Source: Lama glama | Lineage: Eukaryota | Reading direction: 5' to 3' | DNA: 64,000 nucleotides | Assembly (NCBI GenBank): GCA_028534125.1 | Contig: CM052816.1 | Coordinates: 97,900,001-97,964,000, forward strand | Part shown: positions 11,846 to 23,935 of the stretch, piece by piece | Position numbering within the stretch: the first letter of the stretch is position 1 | Layout of the letters: every line of letters begins with the position of its first letter | The notes under the pieces: model-generated | Database searches by the model: none | The model's input: only the letters and a program-made list of their open reading frames with translations | What the model was told of the DNA's origin: nothing | Program-made: the position numbers and the translations under genes

Positions 11846-13030
11846 ACACAAGATAACCCATGCAAATGGAAACCAAAAAAAAGCCAGAGTAGCTATACTT
11901 TTATCAGACAAAATAGACTTTCAAACAAAGACTGTAATAACAGAAAAGACGGGTATTACATAATGATAAAGTGGTCAGTCCAACAAGAGGATATAATAAC
12001 ATTTATAAATATTTATGCATTTAACGTAGGAGCACCTAAATATATGGAGCATATATTAATAGAACCTAAAGGATGAAATAAACAGCAATACAATAATATT
12101 AGATAACTTTAATACCCCACTTACAACAATGGATAGATTATCTAGACAGAAAATCAATAATAAAATATTGGCCTTAAATAAGACATTAGGTCAAATGGAC
12201 TTAACCGATATATATATAACATTCCATTCAATAGCATAGTTTAGTTTTCTCAACAAAGCATGTATAGAGGGAACATATCTCAACATAATAAAAGCCATAT
12301 ATGACAAGTCCACAGTTGGCATCATATTCAGTGGTGAGAATCTTTTCCTTTAAGATCAAGAACAAGACAAGAATGACCATTCTAGCCACTTTTATTCAAC
12401 ATAGTATTCAAAGTCCTAGCCAGAGCAATTTGGCAAGAAAAAGAAATAAAAGGCATCAAAATTGGAAAGGAGAAAGTAAAACTGTCATTATTTGCAGATG
12501 ACATGGTATTAAGTATAGGAAACCCTAAAGACTCCATCAACTGTTAGAATTAATAAACCTTCAGTAAAGCTGAAGGATACTAAATCAATACACAAAAATC
12601 TGTTTTGTTTCTATATACTAATAAGTTATCAGGAAGAGAAATTAAGAAAAAAATCTGATTTACAATTGCATCAAAAAGAATAGACTACCTAGAAATAAAT
12701 TTAACCAAGGAAGTGAAAGACTTGTATATTGAAAACTAGGAAACATTAGTGAAAGAAATTGAGAAAGACACAAATAAATAGAAAGATATTTTGTGCTCAT
12801 GGACTGGAAGAATCAATATTAAAATGTCTATACTACCCAAAGCAATCTACAGATTCAATGCAATCCCTATCAAAATTTCAACAGCATTTTTTGCAGAAAT
12901 TGAACAAATAACCTTAAAATTTGTACGGCACTCCCAATAGCCAGAGAAATCTTGATAAAGAACAAAGTTGGAGGCATCATGCTCCCTGACTTTAAACTAT
13001 ATTACAAAGCTATTGCAATCATGGTATTGA
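11846..13030 (+). mobile_element. Older L1 ORF2 remnant: endonuclease part (~11846-12235) fused to RT/downstream part (~12248-13030)
   Basis: CCATGCAAATGGAAACCAAAAAAAAGCCAGAGTAGCTATAC (endonuclease region) and ATTATTTGCAGATGACATG (LFADDM, RT active-site motif, ~12488-12507); contains stops and frameshifts. Confidence 0.85.
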
Positions 13031-15404
13031 CTTAAAACTATCGATTTGGTTCTAAATTTTGTGAAAGCTTGATTCAAATGAGTGTTTTAAAGCTGAAAGT
13101 CTTTTCTCCAGCTCCCAAGAGCAACTGCAGATCTCATGGGTTGCAAGTGTGTATGAGAAGTGGGCTTGATCTGCAGAAGCTGCCCTCGACCCTGGGCTTG
13201 CCACGGGGGAGTGAGGCTGCCCACCGGAGATGGCTTCCCCAGTGAGCTGGCCCACTGGGTAACAAGCCCCTTTGGCATTTCTATTCTCTAAGATGTGATG
13301 TCAAGAAAGTCCTATCAAATAAAACAGACGTTTCTAGGAATGGAATCTGTGGTGATTCAAACGGCTGTGCCTTGGGACCCAGGGCAGAAAACCCTCTGGA
13401 TGCAGCAGAGGTGGAAATCATAGGAGGAGTTTGAGAAGGGAGAGGCCATAATGAAGCCTAGCCTTGGAGAAGTGTCCTTTGACGAGGACATGGTTCAGCA
13501 AGCTCTCTGCTTTGCTGAATTTCGGCTTTGGCCAGGACAGCCAGCGGGTTGTTTTCCCACAGACAGCAGCGGACTGAGCGGACAGCAGGTAGCATGTGAC
13601 TGAGGCTGTGCACAGTCATGGGAGGGAGAAGCCAGGGAGGCAGAGGGTTCGGATGAGAAGCAGGTAAAAGGGAGAGAGGAAAGCCTTTGGCAGAGAGAAC
13701 GCCAGCTGCTGCCAGGTCAGGCCGGGACAAGCCTGAGAACCGAGCCCTGGGGGTTGCTGAAGGGACCCTGAGTCCGTCAGGGGCAGGGACTGTGTGTCAG
13801 AGCGGAGGGAAGATCGTGTGGGGTTAAAACAAATAAGGCAGCTGGCAACTGTGAGAAGCCTGGAGCTTCTGGAAGACTGCCTGACTTCAGCCCCTGCGCG
13901 CTAAGCCGGTCCCTCATTCTGTCCTGCAGCTTGAGCAGCATGGAGGCTTAACTACAAGGTCTGAGGGTGGAAGGAAGGCCCAGTTCGCAGGAGAGGACAC
14001 AGTGGGAAGCCCAGGGCACAGTGATGGGGGAAGGAGAAATTCACAGACCTGCCCTCTGGGGACGGAGACGGGCAGATGAGCCAGGAGAATATTGTGGGCC
14101 AGGGCTTTGGCCTCTGTCCCAGCCCCAGGATGGCCACGGAAGAGTCATTTTGGCAGCGAGAGTGCAGGGTTGGGCAAGCGGGAGGCTCACAGGAGCCTGT
14201 AAATGCCGCGGGGCGGCTCAGAAGGAAGCGGATCAGTGGATGGGCAGCCAGTGCCTTATAGCCCTGGCTGGGTGAGGGCCTGTGGGCTCGGCATCTGGAT
14301 GCACCTGTTTCCCCAGGGATACTGAACCGTGAGGGAGAGCTGCCCTGGCCACCAGGAGAGGCTAGGGCAGAAGCCCTCCAAGGAGAAGCTACAGCCTTGT
14401 GGCCCCGTGGGCCGGCTGCTGCCTGGGGTGGCGGACAGCGCTGGAGTCTCACGCTGAATCCTAGAGAAGAGCTGGTCCCCAGTGGTGGGGGTACATGTAT
14501 TCAGATGGGAAAACAGAGACAGTGGGCCCTCTCCAGGGTCACAGAAGAAGGCTGGAGGAACCAGCCTTGAATCACACTTAAGCTACTGGTTCTAAAGTCA
14601 CGACTTACTTGGCAATCTTGGACATCATCATAGCTCACGGATACCCCCAAATTTCATCTTCAGTGATGCTAATTGGGGCTGAGTCAGTGCTTTGAGAATA
14701 AGGTCAAATAAGAGCGAAGAGGCAGATGTGGGGGGCCCCAAACTGGCCCGAGGAAGGGTGTTAGCTTCTAGAAGTTGCTTCTGGCAAAGAGGAGTTCCCA
14801 GGGGACACACCCACAGGCCACCTTGTGCGCCCACTAACTTGCTTAGTTCCAAGACTGTTATGGGTCTGAAAATACACAGGCCAGTTGTGTTTGGTGATGG
14901 ATTTGAAGGACCTCCAGCCAGAAGCAGCAACAGGCACAGTTGTCCCCTTCGTCCTCATGAAAGCCACAAACTCCCTACAGGACACTTATCTCAGGATCCA
15001 GAATCTCGGCCCACGTTGTCCTGTCCGGGCTTTTTCTGAAGCCTGGCGCTGTTCTTCCCTGGTCTTCTCATTAAGTCAGAAGCAGCGTGCAAGTCAGGTT
15101 TTTGTTTAATAAGTGTGCTTTGAGCCCTGACCACGTCCCAGGTTCCCTATCAGGTCATCAAGTGGCCTTCAGTGGACAGGTCTTGGGCAGCGCTGTCTAG
15201 GAGGGATACAATGTAAGCCGCGAGGGCCAGGCTGTGCTCACAGCTAATCCTTGGTGTCCAGCCTCCTGGGCTCTGATCAGCCTGGGTGATGGGTGAATGG
15301 AACATTTGCATTCACGTCTGTTTGTGATGGCTGTTAGCATGCTGTTCAGACGATCACTTTGGAAAGTGCTAGAGACTTCTATCATAGGAAGCCACAAGAT
15401 GTCT

Positions 15405-16160
15405 TTTTTCTTTTTAATTGGCATATAGTCAGTTGCAATGTCTCAATCTCTGGTGTACAGTCTGATGCCCCAGCCATATATATATATACATATATATTTG
15501 CTTTTATAGTCTTTTACAGTAAAGTTTATTACAAAGTATGGACCGTATTTCCCTGTGCTATACAGAAGAACAATTTTTAAATCTATTTTTATATATAGTA
15601 GCTAATATTTGCAAATCTTGAGCTCCCAAATTTATACCTTCCCACCCTCTTTCCCCCTGGTAACCATAAGATTATTTACTATGTCTGTGAATCTGTTTCT
15701 GTTTTGAAGATGAGTTCATTAGAGTCTTCTTTTTTCTCTTCTTAGATTCCACATATGAGTGATATCACATGGTATTTTCCTCTCTTTCTGGCTTCCTTCA
15801 CTCAGAAGGATGCTCTCCATGTTGCTGCAAATGGTATTATTTTATTATTGTTACAGCTGAGTAGTATATTCCACTATATAAATATACTTCAGCTTGTTTA
15901 TCCATTCATCTGTCGATGGACATTTAGGTTATCTTCATGTATTGGCTATTGTAAATAGTGCTGCTATGAACAGTGGGGAGCACGTATTTTTTTTGAATTA
16001 GAGCTCCCTCCAGATTTATGCCCAGGAGAGGGATTGCTGGATCATAGGGTAAGTCTATTTTTAGTTTTTTGAGGACGCTCCATACTGTTTTCCATAATGG
16101 TTGCATCAAACTGCATTCTCACCTTTTCTCCACACCCTCCCCAGCATGTGTCATTTGTGG
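15405..16160 (-). mobile_element. L1 3' portion (ORF2 C-terminus plus 3'UTR)
   Basis: ORF 15924-16109(-) MQPLWKTVWSVLKKLKIDLPYDPAIPLLGI is canonical L1 ORF2 C-terminal sequence; T-rich tail at about 15405. Confidence 0.9.
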
Positions 16161-17437
16161 AAGCCGCACGATTTTCGGTCATAGAAGGACTTGCCTGCAG
16201 AAAGAGAAAGGAGAATTAACCCTCTGGATACTGAATGAGGTGGTTGCCTGGCTGCTGTCATTTGTTTTTTATGTTAGTGAATCAATGCTCTACATAAATA
16301 ATTAGCATAGAACTAACCATTGGATGTCTGAATCATTTTAACATGTTAACAATCAGCCTCCTGGCTTTGTTGAAATGGGTCTGACAGCCTCTTACACTCT
16401 CATCACCAAACACAACCTGCAAATGCTGGGCTGGTTGTGTCCAGTAGTGATTCTGTAAGGAATTCTAAGGCATGTGGTCACGTCTGTTCCATTGTATTTG
16501 GAAGAGACACATCTTTAGAGGATGAGGACATTTTTGGACTAGCTTTTTTTTTTAAATGAAAAAAATATAGTCAATAAAGATTGTATACCTAGTTAACGCT
16601 GGCTTTTTTTCTGGTCAAACTGGTTAGCACTGTGCTTAGAGAACCTCCATTTTGAGCAGACCTGTAGTTTTCATACCATTTGGAGTCAATGTAACAGTGT
16701 TTAGGGGAGGCCAGTAAGTACATTATGCCTCATGCCTGTCATGAGGAGGCTGCTCGTCCTTCATCACCACTTGACCAGCTTCATCTCTAGGAAGAGCGGA
16801 GGGACATCTCTGCAGTGATGGTTCTGTTATGTGCATTCCATTCTCTGTGATGCTGACGTTTGAAAATGGAATTATTTTTATTTATCCAAATTGAAATTTT
16901 GTTTGCTTTTTAAATATAGCACTTTATGTTTAAATTACGTTTTGCCTGCCAACTTGAACCGGAACCTCTTACGATATTACAGTCTATACTTGGCATGTCA
17001 TAAACTGTTTCCAAATCCTCTGATATCACATTTCGAATTCAGTGTGCCACGGAATAAATACTTCTGAGCTTTGACAATGAAGGGAAGCTTCCAGGAATTT
17101 CAAGTCCAGGCAAAAGATAAATATCAGGAATGTATCTCCTAAAATTGCAGTGGGGTACTTATTAAATTTACACTGTGAATGGTCTTCAAAGAACAAGCAA
17201 ACATTTTCAGAAATTCAATCACTGTTTATAATTACAATTTCCTAAGTTTCAATAGAAACTCATCTTAACTTTCAAACTCAGAATTCAGAGAGTAAGAATA
17301 TGTTATGATGTTCTTGTGTATAGATGGATGATACATTGTAGACCAACAGTGTCTGCTGTTCATGATCAAACAGTGATAAAAATGAAAGACCATGAATTAT
17401 CTGGCTTTTAATCAGCATTAAAAATTTGGCAACTCAA

Positions 17438-17645
17438 GATAGACGGGATTTCAAAATTGTAGAATAGATAAACAAGATTATACTGTATAGCACAGGGAAA
17501 TATACACAAGATCTTATGGTAGCTCACAGAGAAAAAAAATGTGACAATGAATATATATATGTTCATGTATAACTGAAAAATTGTGCTTTACACTGGAATT
17601 TGACACAACATTGTAAAATGATTATAAATCAATAAAAATGTTTAA
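17438..17645 (+). mobile_element. 5'-truncated young L1 insertion with an ~18-bp TSD
   Basis: Flanked by AAAAATTTGGCAACTCAA at 17420-17437 and 17646-17663; TT/AAAA target site; matches 11620-11820. Confidence 0.9.
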
Positions 17646-17663
17646 AAAAATTTGGCAACTCAA

Positions 17664-17782
17664 AAAAAAAAAAAAAAGGAAAAGAGAGAAAGAGAGAGAG
17701 TGAAAGAACATAAGAATGAAAAGAAGAAACAAAGAAAGGAGGGGAGGAAGGAAGAGAGAAAGAGAGAAAGAAAAGGAAGAAA
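17664..17782 (+). repeat. A/GA-rich polypurine low-complexity tract
   Basis: Poly(A) followed by GAGA, GAAA and GGAA runs. Confidence 0.85.
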
Positions 17783-18050
17783 ATTGCTAGTTTTCCAAAG
17801 CAGTCTTACTGTTTTCCATTCCCACCAGTAACATGTATGACTTTGAGTTGCTTCACGTCCTCACCAACACTTAGTACAGTCAGCCCTTTGATCTGAACCA
17901 TTCTATCTCATGCGTGGTGATGTGTTTGTGATGTCGACGCATTTTCCTAAGGACTCAGGATGCTGAATGTCTTTTCAGGGGCTTACTTGCCATGAGTATA
18001 TTTTCCTTAGTGAAGCATCCATTCAAATCCTTTGCTCCTTTCGAAATACA
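17783..18050 (-). mobile_element. Old L1 ORF2 C-terminal fragment
   Basis: TTTCCAAAGCAG...CATTCCCACCAGTAAC...CCTCACCAACACTT; ORF 17955-18149(-) ends with AKDLNGCFTKENILMASKPLKRHSAS, which is L1-like. Confidence 0.7.
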
Positions 18051-19751
18051 GCCTTTCAACATCCAGTCCCCAGTGTGTGTCATTCTCACCTCTCCGGCCC
18101 GTCTTCTCCTGGTTCCCCACCAGCCTCCCTTTCTTGAGGGGCAGCTCACTTATCTGTGTCTCGCTCATCACTCCCAGAGACACCGCTGTAGCCTCTAGGT
18201 CTGACATGGTCGCTCTCCCGCTCAGACGTCTCCTGTGGGCCCTGAACCGCGGGACTTTCTATCCTTTGGCTGCCACTTGGGTGCCTTCCTCACATGCTTC
18301 TCACCTGCCAGTTTTATCCTAGGCTCTCCCGTCCCCCTTTCTCACTTGATCTTCACCAGCTTTGGACTCAGTTTGGTCCCAGGAAGCCTCCTTGCCCTTC
18401 ACTCTTCCATCCTCTGCCCAGACTATTTCTCCCCAAATTGTAAAAATTCTGCATCTTCTGAGCAGATTGAGGGTCTTCTGTCTTTTTCACTTCCCGTTAG
18501 GCAAACACTGTATTATATTTTCCTTCTGTGTACGTCTGTCTCTAAGCCAGACCCCAGATCTACTAGGGGCAAACTGTGTTTTGCCTGTTCTTCTTCTCCT
18601 CTGATCCTGTGCCTGGCACAGTGGACCACAGGTTACTCCAGAAGTGTGCTGAGTAGCCCGACCCAGCATTTCCCCCGGGGATACAGGACTCAGGGGGTGC
18701 AGTATCTATCCTCTGTTACACTCCCTCATTCAGGGTGCAGGAACTGTCATCAAACCTCAGCGGGGCTCACGGCCTCCTTGTGCTGCCTGCAGTCCCCCAG
18801 CAGCACTGACAAGGAGGAGACACGGGAGACCCTCCGATCTGAGCACAGGGCAGCGGCCTGTGTGGAGCTCTCTATGGTCCTGTGGGTTTCCCTCTGAATG
18901 TCTGTGTGGATTCAAGACATGCATGCCTTGCTCATCGCCCATTTCTTTTCTCCTCTCCTATTTACAGTACCCTGGCTTCACTTTCCTCGCCGTCTGAACG
19001 CCACTGTTCATCTCTGCGTTTTTTTCTTTTTTTAATCAAAAATATAAAAATACATAAAACTACAAAGTATAAGTACCCAGCATCAATGTTGATATTTGAA
19101 AAAATAGATTTGATATATTTGCTTTAGGTCTTTAAAAGAAACAAGATGGGAACAAATACCCACCCCGGAATGCTAACGTCTTCTAGACTCCCTTCTTCAG
19201 TTCCAGTCTCCCCTCACCTTCAAAGCCAACCGCAATCAAGGACTTTAGTGCATCCAATCCCTGCGTTTATACTTTGACACCCCCCCCCCACAGGCGGTAT
19301 TGCTTTGTGTTTCCCTCTCTAGTACCAGACACTGTTATTCTCCAGGGAGTTGCCCCCTTCCCTCCCCAGAAAGCCAACCAGGTCTTCCTGTCTCATCTGA
19401 GCCCACCTGGTTTCAAGGGTCATCTTGAAGCAAACCTCTGATTACCTTCTGTGGAGAGAGGTTCCTGAAATCCAGGTTCAAGGATTGGAGAGAATGCTTT
19501 CCTGCAACACCCGCACATTAAATATGGGACCTCCTACTTGGTCCTATGTTTCCTCATTCTTGGTCTTTTGTTATATTGTCTAGGACAATCTTGATTTTAC
19601 CTTCTACCTCTTCTATCAAGTTTTTGTTTTCTAAGTTCCTAGATTCATTGTTCTCAGAGAATTTCATTTTCATTGCATCCTATTGTTTTGTGAGTGAAAT
19701 AACTTACATTTTCTTTAAAAAAAAAAAAAGCTCGAGACAGGACATTCTGAG

Positions 19752-19850
19752 GTAGGGATGGTATAACTCAGTGGTAGAGTGTGTGCTTAGCATGTATGAG
19801 GTCTTGGGTTCAATTCCCAGTACTTCCATTAAAAAAAAAGTTTAAAAAAT
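19752..19850 (+). mobile_element. tRNA-derived SINE (camelid vic-1-like)
   Basis: GGTATAACTCAGTGGTAGAG (A box) ... GGGTTCAATTCCC (B box), then an A-rich tail; no intact tRNA acceptor stem. Confidence 0.75.
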
Positions 19851-19869
19851 AATACATAAAAATTACTTA

Positions 19870-21340
19870 AAAAAAAGAATGGACATACAATGAACTGCAT
19901 ATATCTAAACTGTATAACTTAATGCATACTGCCATGAAACTTTTATACAACCAAGATAATACACAACAACCCAACAACTCCAAATGTTTCCTTGTGCCCT
20001 TTTGTAAGACCCCTCCTTCCCAGGCAAATGCTTACCTGCACACAATACTGCATTCTCTCTTTTTTGACCAGCTTCTTTCAGTCAGTGTAATGATTTAGAG
20101 ATACATTCATGTTGCTGCTGGGATTCATAGTTTATTCTTTTTTATTGCAGAGTAGTATTCCATTGTATGGATATCACACAACATGTTTAGTCATTCACTT
20201 CTTGGTGGACAACTGGATTGATTCCATTTTTTTGGCTATGGTAAATAAAACTGCTATAAACATTCATATAAAAGTTTTTGTATAGACATAAGCTTTTGTT
20301 TTCTTGGGTAAATACCTAGGAGTGAAATGTCTGGGTCATATAATAAGTGTATGTTTAACTTCTTAGGAAACTGTCAAAGTGTTTTCCAAAGTGGTTGGAT
20401 CATTCTGTTGCCAGTAGATGCAACTGGTGTTTCAGGTTCTTGTCCCGTCCCAGGAAGAATTCAGAGAGAAGACGTAGTGGTTAAAAAAGTAAAGTGAGGA
20501 TTTATTAAAGGATGGATAGTACACTCTCGAGGGGAAAGCGGGCTCAGGTGAGTGGCTGCCCAGTGTTTCTTTGGCAAATTAGTTACGGAAAGTGTAAAAA
20601 TGAATGGGCGGAATATTCATTGGGGAGGGAAGGGCTTGGGGTCATAGTCCCTGGTTATCATCCCAACTCCACCTTCCCAAAGGGAGGAGGGATTTTTGTC
20701 TTTATTTAGTCTGGATCGGAAGTGTCATGGCGTCTGTGCATGATGGGTACTTCTGATCTGCAAGGCTAATTTTATTGAAATGAGGACATAATGAGCAAAA
20801 GTTTACATTCGGACATTGGAGATTCCTGCCTTTTCTCACCTTTCTTTGTTGGTCCCCAGGCCACTCATCACCCCAAAAGTTGTGACCCCTTATCAGCCCA
20901 AAGGTTCCTGCTTTTCTTTCTCTGTCCAGAGACCCCTGGTGCTTACATGATGTGTGGTTTCCTGCATTTGGCCTGTGCCCCTCCTTTCTGCCCGATTCCT
21001 GCATTTGGTCTGTGTCCCCCTTTCCCTGCTCATATTTAGTTATCTGCCTGCTCTAACAATTCCACATTCCCACTAGCGGTGTGTGGGAGTTTCAGTGACC
21101 CTGTATTCTTGCTGAGTCTTGGGTGGGCTGTTCTTTTTAATTTTAGTTATTCTAAGAGATGGGTGCTGGGATCTCATTGTGGTTTGATTGGTGTTTCCCT
21201 AATGACTAAAGATGGTAAGACTCCTTGTGTGTGCTTATTTGCCATTTGCAGGTATTCTTTGGTGAATAAAAATGTTTTAAAATATTTGTTATTGAAATTT
21301 GAGAGGTCTTTACACATCTGGATACAAAACCTTTATTAGA
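19870..21340 (-). mobile_element. Old L1 3' region interrupted by a solo LTR
   Basis: L1 text runs GTTTTCCAAAGTGGTTGGATCATTC (to 20405) and resumes as CACATTCCCACTAGC (after 21062). Confidence 0.8.
20406..21058 (-). mobile_element. Solo LTR, ERV1-like (653 bp, 4-bp TSD ATTC)
   Basis: TGTT...AACA termini; ATTC at 20402-20405 and 21059-21062; minus-strand AATAAA at 20501-20506; direct repeat CCTGCATTTGGYCTGTG near the right end; splits an L1 cleanly. Confidence 0.85.
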
Positions 21341-22173
21341 TGTGATTTGTAAGCCTCCATCGGTAGCCCGCTCCTCCACACTGCTGGGTCTTGCTCCTGT
21401 GCATGACGCCCGGCAGGTGTCCGCTCACCTGTTGATACCAGATTGCCCAGGTGTTACAACTTTTTAAGGACATTTTCCTTTTGCTCCAGAAGGATGTTTT
21501 CTCTAGAGGCGTTTGTTTTATTTTTCACGATGTAGACTTTTCTAGGTATCCAGTGATTCTGGGGGATCAGTTCACATTTTGTCAAAAGCACCAGAAAAGC
21601 GCAGTAGAAGCCTGTAACTGAGGGGTGATGCCCCCCCGTCTCCGAGCAGCACAAGAGGAAAGGTGATTTGCCACCATACAAAGGGTCCCCAAAGACCAAA
21701 ACGTGGAGGATTTTTCCCTGGGATGCTGATGTCTGGTTGCTCTGGTGCTCCCCCCGAGAGCTAATTTCTGTTAATGGAAGGCCTCCGCCCCGTCCTCACC
21801 GTGATGCTCCCTGGGCAGGGCCGCACAGCTGACTTCGGGGCTTTGCATGCTCTTGGTGGGGAGCAGGAATGGCCTGAGTGCTTCCAGGCGGCCCGGCAGT
21901 GTGTGCTTCATTCCCGCCCTCGTATTTAGGAACTCCCCTCTCAGCGGGCACACTGTGGGCTCTCCCCATCATCACCGCACCTCTGCTGGGCTCTCCTGCC
22001 TCTGCTCCCACGGGTGCTGTGGTTACCCTGCAGTGATGACTCGCTCTCACTCCCTTCATGGGGCCATCCCCCCATCCTTAAATTCCTTCACAGTGCCTGT
22101 AATGAAGGGCAGGACGGGGAGCAGAGACGTAAGGGCACATGTTAAGTTCATCCTGTTTAACCAGAAGCTTCTA

Positions 22174-22221
22174 AGTGTATCCTTCAGTGTACCCCTCAGT
22201 GCACCCCTAAGCGTGCTCCTA
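22174..22221 (+). repeat. Degenerate 12-bp tandem repeat, 4 copies
   Basis: AGTGTATCCTTC AGTGTACCCCTC AGTGCACCCCTA AGCGTGCTCCTA. Confidence 0.7.
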
Positions 22222-22650
22222 AAAACATAAACCAACTCCCGATGATGCTTAAGAAAAAAAAAGCGGAGGGGGGGATGCCCCTTTCCAAATCACTATGGAA
22301 AGTAAACAAGGGAAGCTGCAAACAAATAACAACAGAAAGTGTGATAAATGCTACATTTCAGTGCAGCAATTAGTAACAAGATTTGATCTAACTTATTAAG
22401 TGGCAAAGTCCATTTATTATGTTGATAAAGACAACTAAAAGGAATATTTTAAACCTTGGAATGAGAAGACGGGCAAAGAAATGCCAGATGAATTTATTGA
22501 CTAAAAAAAGCACTGTGTCAATCTTCTTATCAAAGAATCAAATTCAAGGCAAAAGGCACTCAGGAGGCAGAGTATCTTAGATAACAAGTCCAGACTGTAA
22601 GGTGGAAACTTGCGGGAAACAGCATCAAAACATAAAGCAAAACCTACTAG

Positions 22651-23268
22651 TGTGGGAGCCTACGCCCGGGTTGATACATTGTGACAGACCCCCGCTGCTT
22701 GGGACCTTTAGGAGGAACAAACGTGCTTAGCACCTGCTTCGCTAGCAGGCACCTGCGCATCTGCACGTCTGTCTCCTTGCCGTAAAAAGCAGAGACAACG
22801 CCCTGCTTGCGTAGTTGCGGTTTTAGCCTAGGGCTGCTTCCAATGGCAAAGCCATTGTGTGTCCCTTGCTATAAAGGCTATAAACGCTGGGCGTGCTTTC
22901 TGCTGTTTAGAGCGTCTGTGAGCCCCAAGACAAGGAACTGGCTGGTCTGGTGGTCTGTTTTGTAGTCAACTTCTTATATCTGAAGAATGTATCTTGTCGC
23001 CCTCCCCCCACGACTGCCCTGAAGATAAATTAAGCCTTCGTACTCATTGTGGATTTTATGATCTCGACCCGATCCTGTTTTTCCTTAAGCTCCTGCATTC
23101 CATGACACAATTGTTTGTGATCTTTTCTTTGATTGCACACAATAAACATGAGAGTGTTTGAGAGGCTCGAGGAGTTGGTCCCCGACTTCCTCTCCCTCTC
23201 TCGACTTTCCACAGAGGCTCGAGTCATTCACTCCGTCTCGGTGGGACCTCTGCTGGGCAGAACCCACA
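22651..23268 (+). mobile_element. Solo LTR, ERVK/betaretrovirus-like (618 bp, 6-bp TSD TACTAG)
   Basis: Perfect inverted termini TGTGGG...CCCACA; TACTAG at 22645-22650 and 23269-23274; TATAAA at 22870 and 22879; AATAAA at 23141. Confidence 0.88.
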
Positions 23269-23526
23269 TACTAGAAGTGAAAGGAAAATCTGACATGTTA
23301 GAAAGAGTTGCAGAGAACTTTAACAATACAATTAATGTCTGATTAACAAACTATAGACCAAACAGCATAAACTTTAAAAATGGTGTTGTTACTGTTATAA
23401 AAGGTTTGAGGCTACGAAGGAAAACTTGAAATCCACAGCGAAGAAATCTCACAGAAAATGATCTCTACCATACCCACACATGCGACAAAACAAAAAGCTA
23501 AATAAAATCCCCCCAAATGGTTGTAA

Positions 23527-23935
23527 TGTGAAGGAGAAGCCGGGCTGGGCTAACAAGGTAACTCATAAATCTAAGTGTAGTAAGTGACGGTTTACTGATC
23601 TAAGTACTGCCGGGCTAACTAGTAAACCTGAAGTTTAGTGTCAGTCTACTGGGCTAACAAGCTAACTCGAAAATCCAAGCTCAGCAAGTGTCAGTAACGT
23701 GATCTATTCCTAATAGATAAGTTCCAGTGTACTGATTCCTTGGTTTTGCTGTTCGAGCCTTATTGGCTAATAGCCCCAAGCTTGTAATTAACCCTATAAA
23801 ACCCCACGCACACATCTCGGAGGTGCTCAGAGCTTCGGAGCAGAAGCCCCTCTGAGCCCGCCGGCGTAATAAATCTGAGTACTCCAACCCTCCGAGTGGT
23901 GCTTGTTTCTTGGCTGGCCTGTCATTTCCGTAACA
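23527..23935 (+). mobile_element. Solo LTR, ERV1/gammaretrovirus-like (409 bp, 4-bp TSD GTAA)
   Basis: TG...CA termini; GTAA at 23523-23526 and 23936-23939; U3 repeats (CTGGGCTAACAAG); ATTGG at 23762; TATAAAA at 23795; AATAAA at 23868. Confidence 0.85.

Noticed and set aside
18235..18897. 220-aa plus-strand ORF
   Set aside because: Non-ATG start, Ser/Leu-rich composition, no recognisable homology or exon structure.
19752..19830. Possible tRNA genes here and at 42593-42665
   Set aside because: A and B boxes are present but the stems are degenerate, and A-rich tails plus a TSD on one copy indicate SINEs.
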